A stretch of 64,000 nt of DNA from a virus: positions 59,516-123,515 of IMG/VR virus record IMGVR_UViG_3300012953_000016; one strand, written 5' to 3'. The notes beneath the pieces are model-generated. The model made no database searches. It had not been told where the DNA came from and worked only from the letters and a program-made list of their open reading frames with translations. This document shows positions 1-9,702 of this stretch, one piece after another. A program made the translations under genes and the position numbers. Within the stretch, counting starts at the first letter, position 1. Each line of letters starts with the position of its first letter.

Positions 1-160
1 CCTGCGTCTTTGAATGAACGATGTCGCCACCAACAAAAATAGCATCTGGATTCAGGCTTTTTGCTTTCTCAAAAAAAGCTTGAAATGATTCGCGGTATTC
101 ATCATGGCGAGTTAAGCCCCTAAAATGAATATCTGATATATGTACACACTTAAAACTCAT
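1..160 (-). CDS. Mre11/SbcD/T4 gp47-like metallophosphoesterase nuclease, 5' part (runs off the window edge)
   Basis: Not in the ORF track. Manual translation from the ATG at 160 gives MSFKCVHISDIHFRGLTRHDEY...DAIFVGGDIVHSK, with the calcineurin-like DxH and GD motifs. It lies directly downstream of the primase. Confidence 0.85.
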   Translation of the reverse strand, partial: MSFKCVHISDIHFRGLTRHDEYRESFQAFFEKAKSLNPDAIFVGGDIVHSKTQ

Positions 161-172
161 TCAAATCCCAAC

Positions 173-1147
173 TTATAATAGTGAACCACTTTTTATCGAA
201 CCGATTAAATGATATAAACGGTCTGTCGATCTCCATGGCTTAGCAGTCTTTTTAGCATGTAAGAAATCGATTTTACTCATTTCGCCGACATCGCTAAACT
301 GTCCAAGGTCTAAAACTCTAACCTGAATTCCATATGAAGATAACAATTTACAATACTTTTGTGTCTTATCATTCATATCAGAATCTAGGGCTAATAAGAC
401 TGGAGTCTTATTTTTTATAATCTTCCGGAATACTGCATACTCTTCAGAGAAATGTGAACCCAGAAGGCATGTTGAGTTGCTATCACATTTCGTAAGATCC
501 ATAGGGCCTTCGACAAGTGTTAGCTCTTTAGACCAATCGATGTTTATCTCATTAAAGATAACATTTTTCTTTGAAACCTTAGCATTCAAATACTTCATCT
601 TATTCTCGTCTTTATCAATTGTTCGGGCCACGAAGTAATTTAGATCACCGACGTCATTAAACGATGGCATAATAAGTCGTCTTCTAAACTTTCCTTTAGT
701 ACATGTACCAAGTTTAAAGTACCAAAAGTCACGGTTCGTCAAATTTCTAGATCTTGCATACCTAATTGTCTCTTGAACATCAGGATCTCTCAAAGAAACG
801 CTAGTAGCTAAAAGCTTAAACCCATCCGGAGGTATTACTACTTCTTCTTCCTGAGTGTCTGTCGCAACAAATTTCTTTTTACCAGCAAATTTATTTTCAT
901 ACTCATGCAGATGACCAGGAAAATATTTCCTCAACATACCATGAAGTGTTCGACCTCTTAAATCACAAACCCAACAATGAAACTGGTCACTGTCTATTTT
1001 GATAATTAGTTTTTTCTTTGAAGAAACGCCATATGATCCACATCTAGGGTTGGGGCAACACACAGCAACGTTAAGGCCATCAGTGCCAACGACACATGTG
1101 CCAAACATCTTGTTCAAAAACCTAATTTTATCGCTCACAGTAGACAT
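173..1147 (-). CDS. DNA primase (zinc finger + TOPRIM, DnaG/T4 gp61-like)
   Basis: N-terminal CPNPRC...FHCWVC zinc ribbon, RLIMP..YFVAR, KYLN, and TOPRIM motifs VEGPMD and ALDSD..DVGEM. Confidence 0.9.
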   Translation of the reverse strand: MSTVSDKIRFLNKMFGTCVVGTDGLNVAVCCPNPRCGSYGVSSKKKLIIKIDSDQFHCWVCDLRGRTLHGMLRKYFPGHLHEYENKFAGKKKFVATDTQEEEVVIPPDGFKLLATSVSLRDPDVQETIRYARSRNLTNRDFWYFKLGTCTKGKFRRRLIMPSFNDVGDLNYFVARTIDKDENKMKYLNAKVSKKNVIFNEINIDWSKELTLVEGPMDLTKCDSNSTCLLGSHFSEEYAVFRKIIKNKTPVLLALDSDMNDKTQKYCKLLSSYGIQVRVLDLGQFSDVGEMSKIDFLHAKKTAKPWRSTDRLYHLIGSIKSGSLL

Positions 1148-1155
1148 CTTAATTT

Positions 1156-1185
1156 AATATACCCAAGGAACGTATAAGTGTTCAT
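1156..1185 (-). promoter_or_regulatory. sigma70-like promoter, ATGAAC-N18-TATATT, upstream of the primase
   Basis: Same TG(A/T)AC-N17/18-TAnnnT pattern as three other sites. The ATG lies 8 nt after the -10 box with no Shine-Dalgarno sequence. Confidence 0.5.
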
Positions 1186-1220
1186 TGTAACAAGAAAAAT
1201 ATTGAATTTTTATTTTACAA

Positions 1221-1784
1221 CTAGTTTCTGTCTTGACTAGCTATTTTTGACCCTGCCATGGCGATGACATATGCATCTGCGGAGTCGAAACAACCAGGAT
1301 CTAAAATCTTTGTATCTTTTCGAGGGCCGCTCTTTAAAGTCTTGAGGGGCCAGCGGTATGTAACCTTATTGTCTACCCAGTCGAAAACCTGCTCTTTAGT
1401 AGGCTTTCCACCTTTTTTCTTCGAGATTATCTTAAGCCCAACTGCTTTCCTAGCTACATTTACATTAATATATTCAGGGGGGCAGGTAAACTCTTGTTGG
1501 GCAAGATAACTTATAATACCATTAAACCTCGCTAAGGTAAGAAGTGTTTTTGCAGACGAGAAACCCGGTCGGAATGCTTGAAGATTTTCTTCTATGTACA
1601 CACTAGTTATTCTATATTGGGTATGTAATGAAGACAGCCTCTCTAGGACTACCTGGGCCTTGTGGTAGGATGATAACTTATTACTAAGGGGAATATATCC
1701 CATATCAACAAATGACCCCTCAGAGGTTACTATACACCAACCGGTACAACTAGTCGAAATATCTAATCCTAAACTATAATTCAC
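1221..1784 (-). CDS. RuvC-like Holliday junction resolvase
   Basis: RNase H-fold acidic motifs LGLDISTSCTGW, VYIEE and DSADAYVIA. The GTG start overlaps the upstream TAG. Confidence 0.85.
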   Translation of the reverse strand: MNYSLGLDISTSCTGWCIVTSEGSFVDMGYIPLSNKLSSYHKAQVVLERLSSLHTQYRITSVYIEENLQAFRPGFSSAKTLLTLARFNGIISYLAQQEFTCPPEYINVNVARKAVGLKIISKKKGGKPTKEQVFDWVDNKVTYRWPLKTLKSGPRKDTKILDPGCFDSADAYVIAMAGSKIASQDRN

Positions 1785-4700
1785 TAAAAATCTACCTTAA
1801 CCCTAAATGTCAAATTGTCAGCATCACGTTTCATGATTGGCTGAGCTAAATTAGTCCTTGCTACAATATTAAGGTTCTCGTCATGAAAGTTCAACCCAGT
1901 AACATAAACAAATTCAGTGTTCTCTTCGCTAGCAAATGTCGAGGCTTGGAGAGATTCATATCTTGGATTAGAACTTGAATTAATTTGGCCGGCTTGACAT
2001 GGTACCATGACTTCCATTATGTGGATATTATGATGACCTTCTAGATTAACTTCAAACTGCTCTTTGCCAAAATATGGAATGCAAGGATTATGCACTATTG
2101 CAATGCCTTCTTCATATATTATATTCCCCACGCTTGACCATGTAGGATGAGGAGACTCGGCATCAGCCCTATATAAGCAACCATGGCCGTTGTCTCTTAG
2201 CGTAACCTTTACCTTACCACCAGAGCCGGTTAAGTCATGATCAATTAATTCGAATGTCTTCCCGGTTATCTTTTTTCCATAAAATAAATTAGATACATCA
2301 AAAAATACAACTTCATTTGATGAAGTATCCCTAGTCCTCTGTAGTATTGCTAATACTGAGCCAGGTGCAACACCTGGATTTTCAGGTGTGGAACCAGCAA
2401 CGGTTGCAAATATAGAATCACTACTAGTATCATCATCCCCAGACGAATCAACTGCAATCAGTCCTGGGTACATCATTTCTTCAGGAACCATATTACGTAA
2501 AGACACAAGACCATAATCAATTGAACCATAATCATTAATGAATTTTGAGGTTTCATGAGTAGAATCTGGCTTAGACTCATAACTTCCTGATGCTAGAATC
2601 GTAAAGTCCGGTATAAACTTGCCGTTGTCACAAGGAAGTATAGAAAGATTCCTTTTCCTGATTGAAGAATCTTCATTCAAGAATTCATTTGCCTCTTTTT
2701 CTTCCTGTGTAGTAGTATCAATGGTAGAACCGGTTAGGTTCATTAGGAGCGGGTACTCACCTTTTACAAATTCTCTAGAGAAATTCTCCAAATTCAGTAG
2801 GTGGCCGCCGACGCCAAACGACATTGCCACGTTAAATGGATCGTCTGTTGTTGATTTCATAGTCTGGAATGGCGTCAACATCACTTCCCTTTCACGGGTT
2901 TCTTTAACGAAAAATGGAGGGAGATAAAATAACAGAAATTCCTCTAGTTCTTCAATCCCGTCCTTTTGGGTCGACCAGATCTGAGGCAGGGTTCTGTATT
3001 CATTCCATATTTTGACTTCATGGATTTCTGCGTTCAGTGGATGACGTAATTGATACTGGTTCGGCTCTAATGGATCCGGATCTTCAGCTGTCCACCCAGA
3101 CTCAGAGTCAACGTCGTCTAAGCGGCCCCATGTAACACCATGCTTCTCTGCAGCTTCATAGCTAAAGAACCCTTGAACATATTGAGTATTGTTTGAATCT
3201 AGAGTTAAAACCTGATTGTACACATAAGTTGCATCATGCTCTGCGCATGCAGCACCTAAGTTTGCATGCAGTGATTGTGATAAAACCGGAGTATACTCAA
3301 GGTCAGGTATTGTGTAATTCGTTAGCGCGTCAAAATATGTTTCTCTAAGCTCAGAGTCAGTGACTGCTGGATCACCTAATGCAACAGGTATATCTTCGGC
3401 AAATACTTCAATACCAGAGCTGTTTGTCCATATACCGACCTGAGGTGTACCGGGAGCAGCGGACGGGTGATCACCTTTTTCCTGAATATACCATGCATAT
3501 TCTTCTGATACGTGATCTCCTTCTATGGTTGGATTACCATCAGCGTCTAAATAAGACGTAAGCTGACTGTATGACGCTCCATTTTTTCCTTCAAAGTAAT
3601 TTCCTACAAACAATGCTGCAGGATCTGCCTCAATATCTGTGTCGCTATTAGAAGTACCGGGAACAACACCTTCTGGTGTAAAGTCATCATATGCCCATGG
3701 CTCAACATCACCAAACTCTTGAGGTATGCTTAAGTCTAGAATGCCTAAACCATCGTCGTCTGGCAGATTAAACTCAGAGTCAATTTTCCCATCTATTATA
3801 ATTTGAGCCTTGCCATCGTCAATTAGCTCTGTACCATACCGAATAACGACATGATACCAGTGGTTCCTCAATAGTGAATTATCTGTAGAGAGATATACCT
3901 TGTTTGAAGATTCGACCTGTTCGAGTGTTGCATCAATGATGCCATCGTCATCAGGATCTGAGTTTTCCCAAGTTTCAGTACTATAATCATAATACTTGGT
4001 ATATCCATACTCTCCATTTTCTAGATATGGAATATGGGAGGGGGGAATATCTGCGGACGAGCTTAACTGTAGCATTATACGGAATGCATCTGGATGACCA
4101 GCGGGGTCGATATGGCTACCGGTGACCAAGCTTATCGCATAGCTAGATGACATATGAAGAATTGTTCCCGCGTTAAACTGGTGTGAGTGATCTCTATCAA
4201 CAACAACATGATCTCGGCCCCCGTCTAAATCAAGTTCAGATATATCAGTAGAATATACTGTTGGGCTTCCTACGGAGTTCCATGAAAAAGTATTAGCATT
4301 TGTATTTGCAAATGCATCACGTGCATCTTCATCGACTTCAGTTGCTAGCTCATACTTCTTTACCCACTCCCATGTTGTCAATACTGTAATACCATCTACG
4401 TCTAAAGACTCAACAAATGGTGGCGCAGCGTCAACAGTCGTTGACCAAGTCATTTCATCCCAAGCGCCGTACACAAGAGGATCATCAACAATACCGTTGC
4501 CATCCGGATCAGCATCAAGTGGATCTGCATTGGTATTATCTGCTAACCTATAAAACCCAGTGTACCCAAACGATGCTGCACTGCCTAAATTACCAGAACC
4601 GTCGTCCCACTCAGTAACCTCTTCCCAAGCCCACCAAGAAAAATATTCTTGCTGTGTTGTCTCAATTTGAATTGTTCCTGGATTGCCTTCCCAGCCCGGG

Positions 4701-7240
4701 ATTAGCGTCTGAACCCATACTTGGCCATAAACCTTAGTTGGCTCATATGTCATGACTGCTTCATAGCCCTGGCCTGATGCCCATGATATTTGTTCTATTA
4801 TCGTCGGGCTTGAAGCATCAATAGCATAATCAATAAGTAGAGGAGAATGACCTCGGGTGACATGTGTCATCCAGCCAAGTTCATCAGGAACCAAAAGTGT
4901 GTATGGGTCTAGAGGATCTATATCTTCATACCCTGCACCATACTCTCGATATGAGGCCCAAGCAGCTTCTGACCACGTGGCAGCTGAACTAGCACCCGGG
5001 TATGTTCTTAAATTTGATGTGCCGGCGTCAATGTCATCCAGAATTTCATCATCATTAGTATATGGTAACATTGTGTCCGGATCGGTCCACCCCGTTGCAA
5101 TCCTATAGTCTGTTACATCAACTGATGGGTCGTACCAGTACTGATTTCCATTAACATCGACAGTGCCATCGACATCTTCACCAGTTTCGTTATTATAATA
5201 ACCAGTATAGCCATGGGCTTCAGCTGTGTCAAATGTTAGTCCGGAATCGACCGACCACCCCTGTATTTCGCCATAACCAACTGATTGTGCAGTTATTCCT
5301 GGGGCTGCGTCCCAAAGCAATGTGCCAGCGGATGTGGCTTGATAACTATTTATTGTTGCTGAAGGGTCATCTGGAAAGTCTTTTATAACAGATTCAAAAA
5401 CATTGTATTCGTTCAAGCCATTGTCATCTGTCCATAAGTACTCTTCTGCTTCATTAACTTTCTGCTGACCGTCATTGTCAATAATCTCAATTCTCTCGGC
5501 CCAGCTCTTAAAATACTCATTTCCGTCGATGGTTTTTGCAATATTTACTGCGGTTGCATAATTGTCAAAGTCACCAACATCATCCTTCCCCACTGTCCAA
5601 TCTGTCGCATTTTTAATATTACCTGGTGCTGTGAATGAAAACACCTGGTCGCCAGAAGAAACATGATCATTGCAGATGATACTACAATTCTTTATAATCG
5701 GGTTTCCGGACCTGAAATCGTAATCCGGAGCCTCATCACCCTTATCGGAAACCAAATTTTCAGGTTGTGTATAACTACCATCTGCAATTATTGCAGCATC
5801 GTTTGCGAACCCCCACCCGACTGCAGTATACCATACTTCTGGATCACCGGCGGTCTCATACCATAAATTATCACCTAGCTCGTCTGTTGCAAAGTCAGTA
5901 TACCACGTGCTTTCGTGAGCGCCGCGGCCTCCCCCGTGGAAGTCAATGAATAATTGTTCCCAGTCTTTAACCACAAAGGAGCCTGAGGCATACGAATCCT
6001 CTTCATCAATAGTATACCTGGGGTTAATATAGAACTCAAAGGTGAATGAACCAGAGGGGCTGTAAGGTATTACACTTGGTTGTACTGTCTCATCTGTTAT
6101 TGATGGATAGATGAATGCAGAATCAGGGGGTACTAGAGAAGACGTAAAGAAATTAATAGTGTTATAGTTAGTATATGCCCAGTGTAAACTTGGATGCTTT
6201 GTCCGATAATATGGGAATAGAACATCTTTAATAACATTCTTTCTTAATGTGTCACTAGTTACCTTAAATGATGGCTCAAACCTTGTAATTGAAACTGCAG
6301 TTTGCTTTCTAGATGAAACCTCTGAATCGTTTACTAGTCCCATATATCTGTCTAACATCACGTTTATTGATGTAGCAGAACCAGATGTCGCGACCTCTAT
6401 ATCAAAAACGTTATATGGAAATGTAGGCAGATCCTGATCACCTATCCCGTCAGCATCTAAATCTAGATCTAATAAAGTCGCACCGGTGAATGGGTTTGTT
6501 ATGACCCCTGAAACAGGGGGTTCGCATATACCATATTGGGTATTTGTTACGGTTACGATCGAGTCGTTAGCAGATGATTCATATACAGCATTAAATGATG
6601 AGACGCTATTAATAGCTTCACATGTAGCAGATGCAACCATGTCCAGCGCAGACTCAACATTATATACGTCCGGAGGTAATGTCGGGTCACCAAGACCTTC
6701 AAGGTTATGAAGATCAACCATATGTAGGGTACCGTTTATCGGCAAGTCAGGCTTCTGCTTTGTATTTCCCCAATTGCTATTATAAAAATAGAATCTGCGG
6801 ATTGTACCGTATGCTTCAGCTAAATCAAAATAAGCGTCTTGGATATATTTGTATGAAGAATGACCTAATAGATCCCTGTAATCAAATGAACCGGCGGTAC
6901 CAGATGCACCATAAAATGTAGCATCAGTGTCTTCGGTTTGAAACTTAAGTTCAGTAACTTGCTGGATCTGAACAGGGTCTGATAATGATGCAGAAGCTAT
7001 CATGGCATTTCGAAATGCCTCTACTGAATCATCACCAAAGACATCTTCGCCAGAATCGCTAAATGCTTGTAGGGGCTGGGCTTCTTTTTCAAACTTTGAG
7101 CGCTCTGCAAAAACATGAACAGAGCCAGTTACACCCGTTTCTAGCCTGCTTCCTGAGGATGCAGACGAATAATGGCGCTTAGGACGAGTCTCTAATGTTA
7201 AGTTCTCAAACCATTCACTGCTTAAACCGAATATCGCCAT
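1784..7240 (-). CDS. Giant acidic virion/baseplate-associated protein with a split LamG (concanavalin-like) domain
   Basis: LamG motifs SFTFEFYINP, NHWYHVVIRY..IIDGK and AEIHEVKIWN. DxDxDG motifs are present. The C-terminal VTGLNFHDENLNIVARTNLAQPIMK..FRVKVDF is shared with the adjacent gene. Confidence 0.7.
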   Translation of the reverse strand: MAIFGLSSEWFENLTLETRPKRHYSSASSGSRLETGVTGSVHVFAERSKFEKEAQPLQAFSDSGEDVFGDDSVEAFRNAMIASASLSDPVQIQQVTELKFQTEDTDATFYGASGTAGSFDYRDLLGHSSYKYIQDAYFDLAEAYGTIRRFYFYNSNWGNTKQKPDLPINGTLHMVDLHNLEGLGDPTLPPDVYNVESALDMVASATCEAINSVSSFNAVYESSANDSIVTVTNTQYGICEPPVSGVITNPFTGATLLDLDLDADGIGDQDLPTFPYNVFDIEVATSGSATSINVMLDRYMGLVNDSEVSSRKQTAVSITRFEPSFKVTSDTLRKNVIKDVLFPYYRTKHPSLHWAYTNYNTINFFTSSLVPPDSAFIYPSITDETVQPSVIPYSPSGSFTFEFYINPRYTIDEEDSYASGSFVVKDWEQLFIDFHGGGRGAHESTWYTDFATDELGDNLWYETAGDPEVWYTAVGWGFANDAAIIADGSYTQPENLVSDKGDEAPDYDFRSGNPIIKNCSIICNDHVSSGDQVFSFTAPGNIKNATDWTVGKDDVGDFDNYATAVNIAKTIDGNEYFKSWAERIEIIDNDGQQKVNEAEEYLWTDDNGLNEYNVFESVIKDFPDDPSATINSYQATSAGTLLWDAAPGITAQSVGYGEIQGWSVDSGLTFDTAEAHGYTGYYNNETGEDVDGTVDVNGNQYWYDPSVDVTDYRIATGWTDPDTMLPYTNDDEILDDIDAGTSNLRTYPGASSAATWSEAAWASYREYGAGYEDIDPLDPYTLLVPDELGWMTHVTRGHSPLLIDYAIDASSPTIIEQISWASGQGYEAVMTYEPTKVYGQVWVQTLIPGWEGNPGTIQIETTQQEYFSWWAWEEVTEWDDGSGNLGSAASFGYTGFYRLADNTNADPLDADPDGNGIVDDPLVYGAWDEMTWSTTVDAAPPFVESLDVDGITVLTTWEWVKKYELATEVDEDARDAFANTNANTFSWNSVGSPTVYSTDISELDLDGGRDHVVVDRDHSHQFNAGTILHMSSSYAISLVTGSHIDPAGHPDAFRIMLQLSSSADIPPSHIPYLENGEYGYTKYYDYSTETWENSDPDDDGIIDATLEQVESSNKVYLSTDNSLLRNHWYHVVIRYGTELIDDGKAQIIIDGKIDSEFNLPDDDGLGILDLSIPQEFGDVEPWAYDDFTPEGVVPGTSNSDTDIEADPAALFVGNYFEGKNGASYSQLTSYLDADGNPTIEGDHVSEEYAWYIQEKGDHPSAAPGTPQVGIWTNSSGIEVFAEDIPVALGDPAVTDSELRETYFDALTNYTIPDLEYTPVLSQSLHANLGAACAEHDATYVYNQVLTLDSNNTQYVQGFFSYEAAEKHGVTWGRLDDVDSESGWTAEDPDPLEPNQYQLRHPLNAEIHEVKIWNEYRTLPQIWSTQKDGIEELEEFLLFYLPPFFVKETREREVMLTPFQTMKSTTDDPFNVAMSFGVGGHLLNLENFSREFVKGEYPLLMNLTGSTIDTTTQEEKEANEFLNEDSSIRKRNLSILPCDNGKFIPDFTILASGSYESKPDSTHETSKFINDYGSIDYGLVSLRNMVPEEMMYPGLIAVDSSGDDDTSSDSIFATVAGSTPENPGVAPGSVLAILQRTRDTSSNEVVFFDVSNLFYGKKITGKTFELIDHDLTGSGGKVKVTLRDNGHGCLYRADAESPHPTWSSVGNIIYEEGIAIVHNPCIPYFGKEQFEVNLEGHHNIHIMEVMVPCQAGQINSSSNPRYESLQASTFASEENTEFVYVTGLNFHDENLNIVARTNLAQPIMKRDADNLTFRVKVDF

Positions 7241-7353
7241 CTGACCACACCTGAGCTATCTTTATATGTCCCAACTGGAACAGATGCTTCCGTATTAACG
7301 TTGATTGCTGGAGCTATCGAAATATAGGACAAAAATAACATTACCACCTCGCC

Positions 7354-8943
7354 TTAGAAGTCTAATCTAACACGAATCGTAACATCCTTCTCATCATTCT
7401 TTTCGATTGGTCTAGACAACTTGGCGACTGCTAACAGATTATCATTAGCATCATACATTCCTACTGTCGTTGGGAATGTAAACGATCGCTGTGTATCTTC
7501 TTGGCCTTCGTCAATTACTACAATTCTATTCTCTTCGTCGACATATGTTGGGTTAGCAGAGTAATTAAATTCATCTGCAGTCGCACGACAAAAGATCAAC
7601 GTAGAATTAATCGTAGTTACATTCTGAAATGTTATCGCGGTTAATGAGCCAGATTGAAATCTACATGTTGAAAAGTGATCAACAATATTATCAATAGAAC
7701 CAGAGACTAAAAAGTCAGGAACAAACCTAGCATAGGGATTACCAGAGCCATAATCATCTCCTGTACCATCCATATATCCAGGGTTGACATCATCATCATC
7801 GCCAGAATCAAGCGCTGCGTTTGAATATTCTGAAAGTGTACCGGTAACAGGGTGGCCCAACCACCCATATCCTATACCAACTTGACCATTGGAAACTTGT
7901 ACATCATAATTTGCCGATGTATCTCCTTCTGGGGCTGCCATAAGAGTTTCAACAATGTCTGAAGAATCTATTGCATTTCCGTCTGGTTCTGAAGCACCAC
8001 CGTGGCTAATCCATGCGCTATTACATTTTATTGATGTAACAGACTCAGCACTCATACCATCAATAACGCCCATAACAGCCTGATCAGGATCAATTGCTCT
8101 ATTGACATTAAAGACAGCAACGCCTGCATCATAAAATAAAAGGCCTACTTTTCTAGAAGTATCTGAGGAGTCTACAATGTCTGCAACCTCACCACCAAAT
8201 GTAGATCTCTTACTAGTTGCTGCGCCTATGTCTGTAAAAATAGCTACAGAGCCTGTCGACGTCGTATTGAGGTTCGGGGTAATACCATCCGCCCAATAAG
8301 GAGGCGGATCAATTATATGTTCACCATCTGAATCTAATTCAAGTTCTGGATTCCCAACTGGGATCAAGTCCCTGTCAGTTAAGTCTTGCTCTCTCCAACA
8401 CCGGTATGAGTTACCTGCTAGGGATGCAGACTGATAAAACCTCATGGCAAAAGTTTCTCTCTTAATCTTATCTCTAGCGAATAATCTTTTAAAGCATATA
8501 AAGAATGCATTATCTACACGGTCGCCTTCTTCCTCTGAACCAAATGGCGTAGAGAAATAAGCATCCGAGTCGCCCATTAATGATGCTGCAAACTGCTTGT
8601 AGATATCGACTTTTTCTCTCATCATCATTGATTCAGATGGAAATAATAGCTTTCCGGAGGCGTCCTCTGAGATTAAGGTATCTTGTACTGTTGAGCCACT
8701 AAAATACAAACCAACGGTCATATCCATGACAGCATTAGCACTTTGTAACGTGTGATCTTGATCATACACCGTCTGGAATAATGATGATGTTACGCCTTGG
8801 CCAATACCTCCTGTTACAAATACTTGAAATTCTCTTCGTGTATCAGAACCTGAGATGTCCTCTTGTATAATATCAACTAATTGATTTAGTGCCGAGCGGC
8901 TTGTCTTGATGTCTGCCGCTGAAATTTCTTTAAATGTTGCCAT
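7354..8943 (-). CDS. Putative virion structural protein (baseplate/tail fibre attachment type)
   Basis: C-terminal TTVGMYDANDNLLAVAKLSRPIEK..RVRLDF, paralogous to 1784-7240 and reminiscent of tail-collar/fibre-attachment domains. Located in the structural operon. Confidence 0.6.
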   Translation of the reverse strand: MATFKEISAADIKTSRSALNQLVDIIQEDISGSDTRREFQVFVTGGIGQGVTSSLFQTVYDQDHTLQSANAVMDMTVGLYFSGSTVQDTLISEDASGKLLFPSESMMMREKVDIYKQFAASLMGDSDAYFSTPFGSEEEGDRVDNAFFICFKRLFARDKIKRETFAMRFYQSASLAGNSYRCWREQDLTDRDLIPVGNPELELDSDGEHIIDPPPYWADGITPNLNTTSTGSVAIFTDIGAATSKRSTFGGEVADIVDSSDTSRKVGLLFYDAGVAVFNVNRAIDPDQAVMGVIDGMSAESVTSIKCNSAWISHGGASEPDGNAIDSSDIVETLMAAPEGDTSANYDVQVSNGQVGIGYGWLGHPVTGTLSEYSNAALDSGDDDDVNPGYMDGTGDDYGSGNPYARFVPDFLVSGSIDNIVDHFSTCRFQSGSLTAITFQNVTTINSTLIFCRATADEFNYSANPTYVDEENRIVVIDEGQEDTQRSFTFPTTVGMYDANDNLLAVAKLSRPIEKNDEKDVTIRVRLDF

Positions 8944-8961
8944 GACTTTCTATAACCCTCT

Positions 8962-9675
8962 TTAATTCTTAGAGATTTGAACTTCAAACTCTTTTACAGC
9001 ACCTGACTGAATACCTACGATACTGATGACAGAAGAAATGACATTCTTGTCGCTAGCATTACCGTAAATAAGAAACTGCGAATCTGTCACTGATTTCGTT
9101 TCAACTGGTACCGTAACCCGGGAACCGCCGACTGAAGTTGTTGTCGGGTCACGGGTAACAATATACGTTGCAATATTGTCTGCATCAACATTATCAGGCG
9201 TCATACCACGCAGCTGTAAAAACCTGCTAGGTACCTTAATAATAAATGCTTGATCCCTAAGTTCAACATCAATTGTACTCTCGTTCTGAATTTCTTGAGT
9301 AACAGTCAGCGTCACGCTAGATCCGGATCCGGATCGTGACATTGATAACGTCGTTCCAGTTGAATCTAACCCATCGCCGGCTAATGCCAAACTTGGAAGT
9401 CTGATTAAGTTAGGATTTGAAACACTAACTAACTTATGTTTTAGTGCTAAGTTCCCGCTTGTTTGCGCCTCAAAAATCGGGGTATTTTTTTCTATTTTTT
9501 ATTTCCCGACCGTTCGGCCAAATTTTTCAATTATTGTGTAATCAACCTCATCATCGCCTAACGCAAATTTTACAATAGAAAAAGAACCGTCATTTCTAGC
9601 TAAAAATGCTCGGCCTGTATCAGTTAAAACTGCATCTACTATGATGTTATTTGTTGAGTGATCTAAAAAACCCAT
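8962..9675 (-). pseudogene. Conserved structural protein gene interrupted by a single in-frame TAA at 9499-9501 (error, nonsense allele or readthrough)
   Basis: GAGGAG RBS then ATG at 9675: MGFLDHSTNNIIVDAVLTDTGRAFLARNDGSFSIVKFALGDDEVDY..GRTVGK*KIEKNTPIFEA. This continues in frame into the 8962-9390 ORF, for 237 codons in total. Confidence 0.8.
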
Positions 9676-9702
9676 CTACATGCTCCTCAGATAAATATAT
9701 CG

